Source: Dehalococcoidia bacterium
GTDB lineage: Bacteria > Chloroflexota > Dehalococcoidia > Bin125
NCBI GenBank assembly: GCA_963663235.2
Contig: CAXXNO010000012.1
Coordinates: forward strand, 32,001-96,000
Length of the DNA stretch: 64,000 bases
Direction: 5' to 3'
Under the pieces are notes generated by a model. The model saw only the letters and a program-made list of their open reading frames with translations. It did not search any database and was not told where the DNA came from. This document shows positions 36,819 to 47,881 of the stretch, in pieces; within the stretch, counting starts at the first letter, position 1, and each line of letters begins with the position of its first letter. The translations under genes and the position numbers were made by a program.

Positions 36819-37544
36819 ATGTCGTCGATCGCGCCGCGCCTCCTGCTTGTGATCGCGCATCGGGGATCCACCAGCGCGATACTGGAGAACACGCTGCGCG
36901 GCATCGGCCGAGCTCTTGCCGTCGGCGTGGACGCCATCGAGGTGGATGTGCGCCTGAGCGCCGACGGCGTGCCCGTCCTCCTGCACGATCCCACCCTAGA
37001 CCGCACGACCGACGGGCGCGGCCCCGTCAGCGCCCAGCCGGTCGCGGCGCTGCGACGGCTTGCGGCCGGTGGTGACGAACCGGTCCCGACACTCGCGGAG
37101 GCGCTGACGACGATAGGGAATCGGACCGACCTAATCATCGAGCTAAAGGGGGGCGGCCCTGGTGGGATCCGCCTCGCAGACCGAGTGGTGACGGAAGTGC
37201 GCCGCCAGGATCGCAGCCGGGACGTTTGGCTTTGGTCCTTCGATAGCGACATCCTGGCGCGACTGGACATCGTGGCGCGCGACCTGCGGATCGTGCATCT
37301 CTGCTACGAGCCAAACGCGGAGGTCGTGAACCGGTCGCGCGCCCTGCGCCTGGCCGGGATCGCCATGCAGTACGAGCACGCGTCGCCGCCGACGGTCGCG
37401 GCTCTTCACGACGAAGGGTTCGCGACGTTCGTCTGGACCGTGAACGATCCGGTGGACCTGGCGCGCCTCGTGCGGCTGCCGCTCATGGGCATTGTGAGCG
37501 ACGACCCAGAACGGGTGCGGACCGCGATCAGGTCACGACGCTGA
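36819..37544 (+). CDS. Glycerophosphodiester phosphodiesterase
   Basis: AHRG, ENT, EVDV, HD, IELK, WTVND. Confidence 0.9.
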   Translation: MSSIAPRLLLVIAHRGSTSAILENTLRGIGRALAVGVDAIEVDVRLSADGVPVLLHDPTLDRTTDGRGPVSAQPVAALRRLAAGGDEPVPTLAEALTTIGNRTDLIIELKGGGPGGIRLADRVVTEVRRQDRSRDVWLWSFDSDILARLDIVARDLRIVHLCYEPNAEVVNRSRALRLAGIAMQYEHASPPTVAALHDEGFATFVWTVNDPVDLARLVRLPLMGIVSDDPERVRTAIRSRR

Positions 37545-37594
37545 AGGTTTGCCGCGGCAACGGGCGGATTGATATACTGCGCCAGCGTGCGCGG

Positions 37595-37671
37595 AGGAGT
37601 GTAGCTCAGTCTGGGAGAGCAGCGGTCTCCAAAACCGCAGGTCGTGGGTTCGAATCCCTCCACTCCTGCCA
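37595..37671 (+). tRNA. tRNA-Trp(CCA)
   Basis: Cloverleaf; GCGGT-CTCCAAA-ACCGC; GGTTCGAATCC; CCA. Confidence 0.95.
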
Positions 37672-37695
37672 GAGACCGCGCAAACGCTGGACAAC

Positions 37696-37783
37696 GCCGA
37701 GGTGGTGGAACTGGTAGACACGCAGCGTTGAGGGCGCTGTGCTCGTTACGAGCGTAGGAGTTCGAGTCTCCTCCTCGGCACCA
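37696..37783 (+). tRNA. tRNA-Leu(GAG)
   Basis: CAGCG-TTGAGGG-CGCTG; long variable arm; CCA. Confidence 0.95.
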
Positions 37784-37802
37784 TCCGGCGACGCGGCTAC
37801 GA

Positions 37803-37877
37803 GCGGAAGTGGCGCAGTGGTAGCGCGTCTCCTTGCCAAGGAGAAGGTCGCGGGTTCAAATCCCGTCTTCCGCTCCA
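37803..37877 (+). tRNA. tRNA-Gly(GCC)
   Basis: TCTCC-TTGCCAA-GGAGA; CCA. Confidence 0.95.
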
Positions 37878-37899
37878 AGACCTTCCAATCCCCTGCTCG

Positions 37900-37973
<74 letters not shown>

Positions 37974-38142
37974 ACCCACTCCCCAACCAGTGAACGGCGA
38001 TCTGGCCTACAGCCAGAAAGTCGCCGGTCGCGTTCCCGAGCTCAAGGAGTGACGGAACTGATTCACGCCAAGCGCGACTGACGGCCGCCGTCCGCGGGTT
38101 TCGGCGGGCGGCTACAATCGAGTTACCGCAACGCCAGCGCGC

Positions 38143-38811
38143 TTGCATGAGGGGCGCATGGGACACCGCATCCTCCGAACGAGTGTGATCCTGCGGGCGC
38201 CGAAGCGGATCACAGTGCAACCGGATCCGAAGGAGCTCGCCAAGGTCCTGCACGAACCAACCGTGACCCGCGCGCTGGAGCCGCCTGAGTTCCGGCTCAC
38301 CGCCATGCGCGACCAGATCGTTGTCGAAGCCAGTGGTGACTGTCTCACGATCACCGACTACAGCGGCCGGACACCGGCCGAAGCTGAGTTCGTGTCCGCG
38401 ACCGAGCGGATTCTGAAGGCGGTCGCCGCCTCGGGCTCGGAGCGGTACCGGTCGTACGGCTTCCGCTTCGTAGCCGAGTTGCACGACGAGCACACGCACC
38501 CGATCGCCGTCCGGATCGCGCAAGGCACGCTCGCCCGCGAAGCGCTACGCACGGCCCTTGAGGGGGAGGTCCTGGCGGCCGAGGTAGTGCTGACCACCTT
38601 CGACGAGCGTGCGCGCCGCTACACCCTCTCGTTGGCGCCGCGGGGCGGGAGCCTCGGCACGCATCTGCTGCATGCCGACTTGTGGCTGCATATCGAAGAG
38701 CCGGTGCACGTGCCCATCGACAGGGACCGGCTGGCCGAACCGCTGGAGCAGGGCCACCCGCGATTGGATCGGTGGGCCCGCGGTGCGGCAGGGTTGTCGT
38801 GGGAGGGGTAG
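38143..38811 (+). CDS. Hypothetical protein
   Basis: ORF with protein-like composition filling the gap after the tRNA cluster. Confidence 0.55.
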   Translation: MHEGRMGHRILRTSVILRAPKRITVQPDPKELAKVLHEPTVTRALEPPEFRLTAMRDQIVVEASGDCLTITDYSGRTPAEAEFVSATERILKAVAASGSERYRSYGFRFVAELHDEHTHPIAVRIAQGTLAREALRTALEGEVLAAEVVLTTFDERARRYTLSLAPRGGSLGTHLLHADLWLHIEEPVHVPIDRDRLAEPLEQGHPRLDRWARGAAGLSWEG

Positions 38812-38854
38812 CGCCGTCCCGCGGCGCGACCGCTGTGTGAGGGAGAAGAGCCCG

Positions 38855-39517
38855 ATGACGGATCAGGCGGGGTGGAACGAGCAACTGGCAGCGATCACGC
38901 TGGATCACGAGCCGATGTTCCCGACCGCGCTCATGGGGCGAGAAGAGCGAATGATCCAGGAGATAGCAGCCGCCGGTACCGCGAACGGCCTAAACGTAGG
39001 CGATCGAGCGCCCGACCTTACGCTGGTGAACGGCGCGGGTGGCGTCTTCAAGCTCTCCGGGGCGCTCCGTCGCGGGCCTGTCGTCCTGAACTTCTACCGG
39101 GGGCAGTGGTGCGTCTACTGCAACTTCGAGCTTCGGCACCTGCTGCGGATCCAACCGCACGTACGGGAGTTGTCCGGAGAGATCGTGATGCTCTCCACCG
39201 AGCCGCTGGAGAGGGCGGAGGAATTCGCGGCAGAGGACCCCACCCACACCCCGATCCTCCGCGACGCCGACGGCACCGTCGTCAAGGCCTACAAGCTCAA
39301 CTACACGGTGCCAGACGACCTACGCTCATGGTGGCTTCAATACGACCAAGATCTCCCCGAGCTCAACCCGACCACTGGCTGGGATCTCCCGGTGCCGGGA
39401 ACGTTCGTGGTCGACCGGGGCGGCGTCATTCGGGCCCGCCACGCCGATATGGATTGGCGCAAGCGCATGGACCCTGCCGACGTGCTCGCAGCGGTCCGCG
39501 AGATCGCCCGCGCGTAG
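38855..39517 (+). CDS. Peroxiredoxin-like AhpC/TSA protein
   Basis: GDRAPD, FYRGQWCVYC, LPVPGTFVVD; RBS GGAG. Confidence 0.88.
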   Translation: MTDQAGWNEQLAAITLDHEPMFPTALMGREERMIQEIAAAGTANGLNVGDRAPDLTLVNGAGGVFKLSGALRRGPVVLNFYRGQWCVYCNFELRHLLRIQPHVRELSGEIVMLSTEPLERAEEFAAEDPTHTPILRDADGTVVKAYKLNYTVPDDLRSWWLQYDQDLPELNPTTGWDLPVPGTFVVDRGGVIRARHADMDWRKRMDPADVLAAVREIARA

Positions 39518-39579
39518 ACAGCCGCCGCAAGCCCTCGATTTCGCTCGCATCATCGAGCGACCGCAGGACGGAGGGCCAA

Positions 39580-39795
39580 GTGGGGGCGATCTTGGTGGTC
39601 TCGAACCTGGCGAGGTGGTTCGGGGGAAATTACGCCGTCGACCACGCTTCCTTCACGGTCGAGGCGGGAAGCATCACCGGTTTAATCGGCCCCAACGGCG
39701 CCGGTAAGACATCCTGCTTCAACTGCATCAGTGGAGTTCTGGGCCTCGATCGGGGCTCGAGTGTCTTCGACGGCGGGCCGACTCACGGCGGATGA
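39580..39795 (+). pseudogene. LivG-like ABC ATPase N-terminal fragment
   Basis: GLIGPNGAGKT.CFNCISG followed by an early stop; remainder absent. Confidence 0.75.
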
Positions 39796-39917
39796 GCCGT
39801 GGGGCCAGTTGGGTGCGCCTGAGCAGCGGCAGGTTGAACGACGCGCCGGATTCCGTCGCGCCGCGATGCACCTCTCCCCGCCATCCGCGTGTACGATCGG
39901 GCCGAAAGAAGCGAGCT

Positions 39918-40004
39918 GCCGGGATGGCGGAATCGGTAGACGCGGCGGACTTAAAATTCGCTGGCCGCGAGGCCGTGTGGGTTCGAGTCCCGCTCCCGGC
40001 ACCA
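39918..40004 (+). tRNA. tRNA-Leu(TAA)
   Basis: GCGGA-CTTAAAA-TTCGC; long variable arm; CCA. Confidence 0.95.
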
Positions 40005-40093
40005 ACGCTTCCGTTTGGGGACAGGCTGTGCAGTTGCTCGGCTGAGGCGTGCTAACGTTCCCGTCTCGTTCGCGGCTTCTCGTTGGAGGACAG

Positions 40094-40561
40094 GTGGCCA
40101 CACTCGAGGAACGGATACAGCGACTCGAGGACATCAAGGAGATCCAGGCGCTCAAGATTGCGTACGCGCGAGCCGCCGACGACCGCTACAACGCCGACCG
40201 CCTCGCTGCCCTATTCACTGAAGACGCGGTCTGGGATGGCGGCGAGAAATTCGGCATGCACCGGGGCCGCCAGGCGATCCACGATTTCTTCGCCCCCATC
40301 TCCGAGGCGTTCACGTTCGCCCTGCACTACTACATGGGTCCAACCATCGACATCGCGCCATCCGGCGTGGCGGCGACCGGCCACTGGTATATGTGGTTCC
40401 CCGCGACGATCAGCGAGCGCGCCATCTTTGGCGCTGCGACCTATGATGAGCAGTACCGCAAGGTCGACGGGCGCTGGTATTTCTCCCACTTGAAGCTCAC
40501 CCTCCACTTCTTCACCCCATACGAATCCGGGTGGGTGAAAGAGCGCTTCCTCGTTCAGTAG
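40094..40561 (+). CDS. SnoaL/NTF2-like protein
   Basis: LEERIQRLED, LFTEDAVWD, YDEQYRKVDGRW. Confidence 0.85.
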   Translation: MATLEERIQRLEDIKEIQALKIAYARAADDRYNADRLAALFTEDAVWDGGEKFGMHRGRQAIHDFFAPISEAFTFALHYYMGPTIDIAPSGVAATGHWYMWFPATISERAIFGAATYDEQYRKVDGRWYFSHLKLTLHFFTPYESGWVKERFLVQ

Positions 40562-40632
40562 CCCGCCGCCACACACCGCTCGCGGGCACGCCGGAACGAT
40601 GCAGCCGTCGGCGCCGAGCGGGCGACACACGT

Positions 40633-41310
40633 TCAGACCCGACGCGGCGCACGGCTCAACTCGCGAGCGCGCGCGAAGACGGCATCGAACATTTCACGGG
40701 TGAGCTTGCCCGTGAAGGTATTCTGTTGACTCGGATGGTACGAGCACACAAGCGCGTGCGAATCGGGCAGCGGCGCCTCTACCCCGTGTCCGAAAGTAGG
40801 CCTGGGGTGCACGCCCGCCAGCGTCGCGACAGCCTGGCAGGCGAAGGCCCCCATTGCCACGATCACGCGCAGCCGGCTGAGCAACTGCAGCTCTCGCGCC
40901 AGATACGGCAGACAAGTGTCCCGCTCTTGCGGAGTCGGCCGGTTCCCCGGCGGCGCGCAGCGCACGACGGCCGTCACGTACGCCCCCCGCAGCCGCAATC
41001 CGTCATCGCGTCGCTCACTCGTAGGTTGGTTCGCAAAGCCCGCCCGGTGCAAGGCGGTGAAGAGCCAATCGCCGGAGCGGTCGCCAGTAAAGAGTCGCCC
41101 CGTGCGGTTCGCGCCATGCGCCGCCGGCGCCAAACCGACGACGAGGAGCGTCGCTCGAGGGTCGCCGAACCCCGGCAGCGGCCGTCCCCAATAATCCCAG
41201 TCTCTGAACGCGGCGCGCTTCTCCATAGCGACCTGCCGCCGCCAGCGAACGAGCCGCGGGCAGGCCTCACAGCGGACCACTTCCTGATCGAGCGCCTCCA
41301 GGGAGTCCAC
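40633..41310 (-). CDS. udgB: Uracil-DNA glycosylase family 5
   Basis: C..CPRL, GLAPAAHGANRTGR.FTGD, YHPSQQN. Confidence 0.9.
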   Translation of the reverse strand: MDSLEALDQEVVRCEACPRLVRWRRQVAMEKRAAFRDWDYWGRPLPGFGDPRATLLVVGLAPAAHGANRTGRLFTGDRSGDWLFTALHRAGFANQPTSERRDDGLRLRGAYVTAVVRCAPPGNRPTPQERDTCLPYLARELQLLSRLRVIVAMGAFACQAVATLAGVHPRPTFGHGVEAPLPDSHALVCSYHPSQQNTFTGKLTREMFDAVFARARELSRAPRRV

Positions 41311-41377
41311 GCGGCCAGAGTACGGCACGCTGGTCCACAGCCCGGACTGCAGCACGAGGCTGCTACCGTAGCCGCGG

Positions 41378-42157
41378 ATGGCGACCAACGACGCGTCCAT
41401 GCAAGACCGGGATGCGGTTTGCGCCGCCCGGTTGCTGGTCTCCGATATCGACGACACGCTGGTCGGCGATGACGCAGCCTTGGCGCGCCTGCTGACCATC
41501 GTGGACGGTAACGCCCAGCTCTATCTAGCGCTCAACTCCAGCCGGCCGCTTGCCAGTGTGCAGGGAACGCTGGCTGCCATCGCCACGCGCGTACGGGCCA
41601 TCGACCATGACGCGACGATCGGTGCGATGGGGACCGAGGTGGAACTCCGTGGAGAGCGGGACGCCGCCTGGGAGCAGCGGCTCGCTGGCTGGAAACGAGC
41701 GCCGATTGACGCCGTAATGTCCCGGCTCGGTTATCCAGCGCACAGCCCTGAGTTCCAAACACCTTACAAAGCGAGTTTCGCCGTCCCAGCGGCCGAGCGA
41801 GATCGAGTGATCGGGGAGTTGCGGAACGTCGGCGTGGAAGCGCGCTTCATCCACTCCGGCGTCTCAGATTTCGACGTGATCCCTTCCCCTGCCGGGAAGA
41901 AAGAGGCAATGACGTACGTGGCCGAGCGGCTGGGGGTCTCACCGGATTGCCTCATCGTAGCCGGGGATTCAGCGAATGACCTCGAGATGTTTCAGGCCGC
42001 GCCGCGGGGCATCGTGGTCGGCAACGCCCGCGAGGAGTTGCGGCGTGCCGTGGATCCAGAGCGGGTGTGCTTCGCTCGAGGCAGATATGCGGCGGGGATC
42101 ATCGAGGGCTTGATCTACTGGGGAGTGATTGATCAGGCCGAGCGGCGGGTCCGATAG
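41378..42157 (+). CDS. HAD-IIB hydrolase (sucrose-phosphate phosphatase-like)
   Basis: DIDDT, K in AGKK, GDSAND, VVGNA. Confidence 0.85.
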   Translation: MATNDASMQDRDAVCAARLLVSDIDDTLVGDDAALARLLTIVDGNAQLYLALNSSRPLASVQGTLAAIATRVRAIDHDATIGAMGTEVELRGERDAAWEQRLAGWKRAPIDAVMSRLGYPAHSPEFQTPYKASFAVPAAERDRVIGELRNVGVEARFIHSGVSDFDVIPSPAGKKEAMTYVAERLGVSPDCLIVAGDSANDLEMFQAAPRGIVVGNAREELRRAVDPERVCFARGRYAAGIIEGLIYWGVIDQAERRVR

Positions 42158-42879
42158 CGCAGGTACAACTCGCCGGTGTTGGGATTGGGGACCGCAGCCA
42201 CGAGATCGAGCCGGGTCACCGCCTCGATGGTCGGCTCTTGTGAGCCCTCGACCGCTGTCAGCCCGCGACGGCCGCTGACCACCAGCGGTGCGAGCGTGAG
42301 GAAAAACTCATCGACGAGGTCGCGGGCGAAGAGATCGCCGTTGAGTTTTGGTCCCCCCTCGACCAGCAGCACCTCAGCGCCGAGGTCCCGGCGCATGTGA
42401 CGCAGCGCGGCCGGAGCCTCCTCGCCGGCGGGCACCAGATGGACCGCCCGGCCCGTCGCCGACAGCGCCTCCCTGCGATCCGGCCCGGCAGAATCCGAGA
42501 GATAGACAACGGCGTCGAAATCCCGGCGGGTGAAGAAAGCGCTCGCCAGAGGCAGATCCCCGGATCGGCTGAGGACCGCGGCGATCGGCTGGCGCGTCTT
42601 CCCTCGCCGGAGCCGGATCGTCTCCAGGTCTTCAGCGCCGAGGCGGGAGGACGTACCACTGGCACGAAGCGTGCTCGCCCCGTTCAAGACGACGTCCGCG
42701 TTGACGCGCAGCTCACGCATCAGGCGCTGGTCGGCGCTGGAACCGAGGCCCCGCTCGGTACCTTCGATGACCACTTTGCCATCGGCCGACATCACCATAT
42801 TGATGAGGACGTAAGGACGGTCGGCCGGCGGAGAGGGGAGATCAAGGGTGGCGTAGTCGGGCTTGCCGGAAGCGACCAT
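42133..42879 (-). CDS. RibD C-terminal / dihydrofolate reductase family protein
   Basis: RPYVLINMVMSADG, LLVEGG, LVDEFFLTLAP. Confidence 0.87.
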   Translation of the reverse strand: MVASGKPDYATLDLPSPPADRPYVLINMVMSADGKVVIEGTERGLGSSADQRLMRELRVNADVVLNGASTLRASGTSSRLGAEDLETIRLRRGKTRQPIAAVLSRSGDLPLASAFFTRRDFDAVVYLSDSAGPDRREALSATGRAVHLVPAGEEAPAALRHMRRDLGAEVLLVEGGPKLNGDLFARDLVDEFFLTLAPLVVSGRRGLTAVEGSQEPTIEAVTRLDLVAAVPNPNTGELYLRYRTRRSA

Positions 42880-43054
42880 GCATGGCCAATCAGCGCGAGC
42901 GCGGGTGGGATCCCGGGCCGAAGTGGCGCTTCGTCGCGGAAAGAGTAGGGCACCATGCGGAGATGTGCCGCATGGTGGGATATGCTTTGCGCCGAGCGGG
43001 CCAGCGGCCAGCCCAGCAGGGCGCCGCTGCCGGCCCGCCGTGAGCGAGGGCTCC

Positions 43055-43317
43055 ATGACCTCTCCCGCACCACCGCGTCTGACTGAGCTCGCCCGTCTGG
43101 CGGGATGCGCCGCCAAAGCCGGTCCCGCCGTTTTCGATCACGCGATTGCGGAAAAGCTGGAGCACACTCTCTTCGATCCCCAGACATCGGGGGGCTGCTG
43201 TTCACCATCGATCCGGCGCGGACGGAGCAACTCGAAGACCGCTTCGCGGCAGCCGAGCTGCCGTTGTGGGCGATCGGCACCGTGACCGAAGGAACAGGCG
43301 TGACCGTTGTCGTCTGA
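43055..43317 (+). pseudogene. selD: Selenophosphate synthetase remnant with a large internal deletion
   Basis: N-terminal RLT..A..GCAAK.GP joined directly to C-terminal LFDPQTSGG-LL...IG.V; extra frameshift in a G run. Confidence 0.8.
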
Positions 43318-43329
43318 GCGTGTCGCGTC

Positions 43330-43866
43330 GTGAAACCGCGCTTCGGCATGATCCATGGCCGCTTCCAGCCGTTTCACAACGGCCACTGGGAGTATCTGCG
43401 GCTGGCCGCCGACCGGTGCGAGACCCTGATCATCGGCATCACCAACTCGGATCCCACGCAGATCGTCGAGGAACCCGCGTCCGGGCATCGGCACCTGCCG
43501 GACTCGAACCCCTTCACGTTCTTTGAGCGCCAACTGATGATCCGCGAGACGCTGCTGGACGCGAGCATCTCCCTGGACCACGTGATGTTTATCCCTTTCC
43601 CCGTCAACCTTCCCGACCGCTGGCGCTACTACGTGCCGCGGGGCGCCACGCAGTATCTGCGGGTCTTCTCACCGTGGGAGCAGGCGAAAGTCGATCGCCT
43701 GCGTGCAGCGGGCTACAGCGTCGAGGTGCTGCAACCAGGCACGGAGAAGCGAGTGGAAGCCACGGAGATCCGCCGGCGCATCGCGTGTGGTGAACCATGG
43801 GACGATCTGGTCCCGCCCGCGGTCGTCCGCGTAATCCGCGCCACGGACGAAATCCGCGGGGGTTGA
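43330..43866 (+). CDS. Cytidylyltransferase-family (NMN adenylyltransferase-like) protein
   Basis: GRFQPFHNGH, NPFTFFER, ATEIR. Confidence 0.85.
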   Translation: MKPRFGMIHGRFQPFHNGHWEYLRLAADRCETLIIGITNSDPTQIVEEPASGHRHLPDSNPFTFFERQLMIRETLLDASISLDHVMFIPFPVNLPDRWRYYVPRGATQYLRVFSPWEQAKVDRLRAAGYSVEVLQPGTEKRVEATEIRRRIACGEPWDDLVPPAVVRVIRATDEIRGG

Positions 43867-43868
43867 GC

Positions 43869-44170
43869 GTGCGGCTTCTCGTCATCTTCTTCGACGGCTT
43901 GGGGGATCGCCCCGCTGTGGAGCTCGGCGCCCGAACGCCGCTTGAGGCGGCCGCCACTCCGAACCTCGACCGGCTGGCCGGCGAGGGCATCAACGGTCTG
44001 AACGACGCCAAGGCCCCCGGCTATCCGCTGGGGGCGCATTGGGCCATCTCCGTGGCGTCGACCTCATGCCCGTGCTCCTCAACGCCGCCGAGCGCACGAC
44101 CATGTATGAGAGCGGCCCACGCCGCGGCGCCGGCTGTACCGGCCTGACGCAGACGACCTGGACGCGCTAG
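43869..44170 (+). pseudogene. apgM: ApgM-type phosphoglycerate mutase remnant with internal deletion
   Basis: DGLGDRP...TPLEAA.TPNLD.LA..G joined out of frame to C-terminal GALGHLRGVDLMPVLL. Confidence 0.75.
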
Positions 44171-44317
44171 AGAGCGAGCCCCATTCGAGATGAGGCGCGG
44201 TTTTCGGCGGGAGGCGCCCTCAATATCCAGGCGGAGGAGCGCCCGAAGGTGACGTCCTGTACCGGTGCGAGCAATGTTGCGGCGGCGTGGAGAGCGTGGC
44301 GGCCGCTGGGAGAGCCG

Positions 44318-44680
44318 CTAGAAGAACAGGGCGATGATCGCCCACACCGATCCAGCGAGGGCCGCACCGTAGCACATCGCGGCAATGGGACGGTCGAAGC
44401 GCTTCAGTCCCAGGTCAACCAACGTGAAACGCAGTCGGTGAGCCGCATGGACGAGGACGAGGACCGCCATCCCGAAGAGCACGATCTCTACGAGGAAGTA
44501 GCCGAAGAGGTCATCCAGTCGGTTGAAGGAGACCACATCGGCCGCCAGCACAAAGCCGGTGAAGACGATAAGCACCGGGATGAGCAACGCGGCGACCATG
44601 CCGCCGGCGGCAAACAGCGACCACAGGAGCGGCTCGGTGGTGGATTTCGCCGTCGCCGATCGGTCTTGATGGTGGATCAC
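44318..44680 (-). CDS. frdD: Fumarate reductase subunit D
   Basis: EPLLWSLFAAGGMVAA, HAAHRLRFTLVDLG. Confidence 0.88.
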   Translation of the reverse strand: MIHHQDRSATAKSTTEPLLWSLFAAGGMVAALLIPVLIVFTGFVLAADVVSFNRLDDLFGYFLVEIVLFGMAVLVLVHAAHRLRFTLVDLGLKRFDRPIAAMCYGAALAGSVWAIIALFF

Positions 44681-44706
44681 GGTCGGACCTCTACCCGCAT
44701 TGTGCA

Positions 44707-45090
44707 TCAAGCCAAGAAAAGGGCCGCCACGCCGCCGGACAAGAGGAGCCAGACGAGAAAATGCGGTCCGGCGATGAGCGGCGCCGGCACCCGCTTCTGC
44801 CCCCGCCAGACGGCAAGGGCTTTGGGCGCCAGGAGGAACCACGTGATCGTGTGCAAGAGCGCGAACACGAAGGCGATCGCGTGGAAGGCGAGCATGCCGG
44901 GCGACTTGAGCGTATCGAGGTAGGCCGCGTAGGCGGAGGGGCCCGCGTCCACCCGCCACACGAGGACCAGCAACAGCACCACGTAGGCCCCGATGAACAC
45001 GCTGGAGATCTCGCGGAGCATGAAGGCGGTGTACGGCCGGCGACGCAGCCACCACAGCTTGGACATCGGCCGACGGTACGGCTTGCTCAT
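44707..45090 (-). CDS. frdC: Fumarate reductase subunit C
   Basis: KPYRRPM..WW, MLRE.SS, LHTITWF..APK. Confidence 0.88.
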   Translation of the reverse strand: MSKPYRRPMSKLWWLRRRPYTAFMLREISSVFIGAYVVLLLVLVWRVDAGPSAYAAYLDTLKSPGMLAFHAIAFVFALLHTITWFLLAPKALAVWRGQKRVPAPLIAGPHFLVWLLLSGGVAALFLA

Positions 45091-45854
45091 GCCTCGGTCT
45101 TCTGCTTTCGCCGGCCCGGGAACGGCAGCAGGAACGACTTGTACCAATCCAGCGTGCTCGCCACTTTCGCCTGCTGAATAGCGCCGGCGGGATCGACATC
45201 CTTGGGGCACACCGCGCTACATTCCCCCACGAGCGTGCAGTCCCAGATCCCTTCGTCCGAGGCGACGAGTTCCTGACGCTGGTCACGACCTTGGTCGCGC
45301 GAGTCGAGGTTGTAGCGCTGAGCCAGAGCGATGGCGGCGGGCCCGAGGAAACTCTCCTCCAGCCCGTAGACCGGGCAGGCCGCGTAGCACAGCATGCAGT
45401 TGATGCACATGCTGAACTGCTGGTAGCGCGCCACCTCCGCCGGCGTCTGCCGATAAACTCCCTCGTCCAGCGGCTTCTCAACATCCCGGATGATCCAAGG
45501 CTTGATGTCCTGAAGCTTGGACACGAAGTCGTCCAGCGCGACTATGAGATCACGCTCCACGGGGAAGTGGGCCAAAGGCTCGACCTTGATGGGGCCGGGC
45601 GCATAGTCCCGCAAGAACACGGCGCAGGTCAGCTTGGGCACCCCGTTGACCATCATGCCGCAGCTTCCGCAGACGCCCATGCGGCAGGACCAGCGATAGG
45701 AAAGCGTCCCGTCGACTTGATCTTTCAGGTAGTTGAGCGCGTCGAGGACGACCCAATCCTCTTGGAAAGGGACGTCGTAGCTCTGGAACGTCGGCTCGGA
45801 GTCACCGTCGGGGTCATACCGGGAGACTTCAAGCGTAATGGTCTCGTCTGCCAT
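45087..45854 (-). CDS. frdB: Fumarate reductase iron-sulfur subunit
   Basis: [34 protein letters not shown]. Confidence 0.93.
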   Translation of the reverse strand: MADETITLEVSRYDPDGDSEPTFQSYDVPFQEDWVVLDALNYLKDQVDGTLSYRWSCRMGVCGSCGMMVNGVPKLTCAVFLRDYAPGPIKVEPLAHFPVERDLIVALDDFVSKLQDIKPWIIRDVEKPLDEGVYRQTPAEVARYQQFSMCINCMLCYAACPVYGLEESFLGPAAIALAQRYNLDSRDQGRDQRQELVASDEGIWDCTLVGECSAVCPKDVDPAGAIQQAKVASTLDWYKSFLLPFPGRRKQKTEA

Positions 45855-45909
45855 AGCACCTTCCGCTTCAGCGAGCGCTCATCGTCCCAAGCGCATCAGA
45901 TCGCCACCC

Positions 45910-47676
45910 TCAGTGCTCCCTACCGTAGACTCGGGCAGCGGGGGGCCATTTGGTAATCACGACATCCTGATAATCGATGCGGGGTGCAGCGTCCGTCCTG
46001 TAGGCAAGGGAATGCTTCAGGAACTGGTCGTCGTCGCGTGAGGGGTAGTCCGTGCGCTGGTGGGAGCCGCGGGACTCGGTGCGCGCGAGGGCAGAGTGCG
46101 CCAGTGCCTCGGCAATCTCGAGCATGAACTCCAGCTCCAACGCCAAGGTGAGTTCCGTGTTGAAGCTCAAGCTGGAATCGTCAAGGGCGATGTTGCGGTA
46201 GCGCGCTTTGAGATCAGCGATGATTTCGGCGGTGGCGCGGATGGAGGCGTCGGTGCGGTAGATGCCGGCGCCCGCTTCCATCGCCCTCGTAAGCTCACCA
46301 CGCAGGGTTGCGATTCGCTCGGTGCCGTCCCGCTTGTTGATGTAGTTCTTGGCGATGCGTTCCTGCTCGGCGGCCGCCTGGCTTTCCAGCGAGGCCATAT
46401 CGAAGGTGGGGTGCTCTTGAGCCCAGCGTGCCGCGTTCAGGCCGGCGCGGGCGCCGAAGACGAGCAGTTCCGTTAGCGAGTTGGAGCCGAGCCGGTTGGC
46501 GCCGTTGATGTTCACGCAAGCGCACTCGCCGGCGGCGTAGAGCCCAGGGAGCTGCGTCGCGGTGTTGATGTCGGTATCGACGCCGCCCATCATGTAATGA
46601 ACCACAGGACGGACGGGGATCGGTTCATGCACCGGATCGATCCCAGCGTAGTTCTCCGCCAGCTCGCGGACGAACGGGATCTTCTCGTTGATCTTCGTTT
46701 CGCCCAAGTGGCGGACGTCGAGGTGCACGTAGGTCCCGTACGGCCCCTCGAACACGTTCCCCTTCTCCTCTTCCTTCACGAACGCCTGCGACAAGCGGTC
46801 ACGCGGCCCCAGCTCCATGGTGCGCTTCTGGGGATGTTCGGGGTCTGCGACGTCGAGCGGCTCTCCCAGATCGTAGTCGCGCAGGTAGCGATCGCCCTGC
46901 GCATTGAGGAGGATGCCGCCTTCGCCGCGGGCGGCCTCCGTGATGAGGATGCCCGTGCCCGGCAGGCCGGTGGGATGGTACTGCACGAACTCCAGATCCT
47001 TGAGCGGGACGCCGGCGAGATAGGCCATGCCCATGCCGTCCCCGCTCTTGATGGCGGCGTTGGTGGTGAAGGGGAAGATGCGGCCACCGCCGCCGGTGCA
47101 GAGGATCACGGCCTTGGCGAAAATGGCGCGTACCTGCCCGGTGCGCATCTCGATGGCCGTGACCCCCTGACAGCGTCCGTTCTCTACGAGCAGACGAGTG
47201 GCGAACCATTCGTCGTAGCGAGCGACCTGCGTCTGCTCCAGCGAGGTCTGATACAGCGTGTGCAGCAGATGGAAGCCGGTCTTGTCCGCCGCGAACCACG
47301 TGCGCTCGATCTTCATTCCGCCGAACGGCCGCACGGCCACGGACCCGTCCGGCTCGCGGTTCCAGGGGCAGCCCCAGTGCTCCAGCTGGATCAGCTCCTT
47401 GGGGGCGGCCCGCACAAAGAGCTCCACGGCATCCTGATCCGCCAACCAGTCCGACCCCGAGATCGTGTCCTGGATGTGGTCCTCAAAAGAGTCATTGGGC
47501 TTGATCACGGCGGCGGTCCCGCCCTCGGCCGCCACGGTGTGGCTGCGCATCGGGTAGACCTTGGACACCATGGCGATGTCGAGTTCGGGATGGGCTTCGG
47601 CCGCGGCGATCACCGCACGCAACCCAGCGCCGCCGCCACCGACGATCACGACATCGTGCTGCAACGGTTCCGCCAT
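45910..47676 (-). CDS. frdA: Fumarate reductase flavoprotein
   Basis: [37 protein letters not shown]. Confidence 0.93.
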   Translation of the reverse strand: MAEPLQHDVVIVGGGGAGLRAVIAAAEAHPELDIAMVSKVYPMRSHTVAAEGGTAAVIKPNDSFEDHIQDTISGSDWLADQDAVELFVRAAPKELIQLEHWGCPWNREPDGSVAVRPFGGMKIERTWFAADKTGFHLLHTLYQTSLEQTQVARYDEWFATRLLVENGRCQGVTAIEMRTGQVRAIFAKAVILCTGGGGRIFPFTTNAAIKSGDGMGMAYLAGVPLKDLEFVQYHPTGLPGTGILITEAARGEGGILLNAQGDRYLRDYDLGEPLDVADPEHPQKRTMELGPRDRLSQAFVKEEEKGNVFEGPYGTYVHLDVRHLGETKINEKIPFVRELAENYAGIDPVHEPIPVRPVVHYMMGGVDTDINTATQLPGLYAAGECACVNINGANRLGSNSLTELLVFGARAGLNAARWAQEHPTFDMASLESQAAAEQERIAKNYINKRDGTERIATLRGELTRAMEAGAGIYRTDASIRATAEIIADLKARYRNIALDDSSLSFNTELTLALELEFMLEIAEALAHSALARTESRGSHQRTDYPSRDDDQFLKHSLAYRTDAAPRIDYQDVVITKWPPAARVYGREH

Positions 47677-47881
47677 CGCCATACTCCAATGGCCGGCACT
47701 AACGCCGCGATGCGCGACCGGCCGCGGTTTCTCCGGCCCCGCGCGGCTGCGCCCGCCCGGCTCCAGTGAAACGAGACTCGGCGATGATCGCCGCAAGGTC
47801 AACCGCCACCCGCCGTGCCGCTGGTGCGGCGAAGAGAAGGAACGGTACGATGCATGCCGGGCGAGAAACGAGGTGCCTAGG

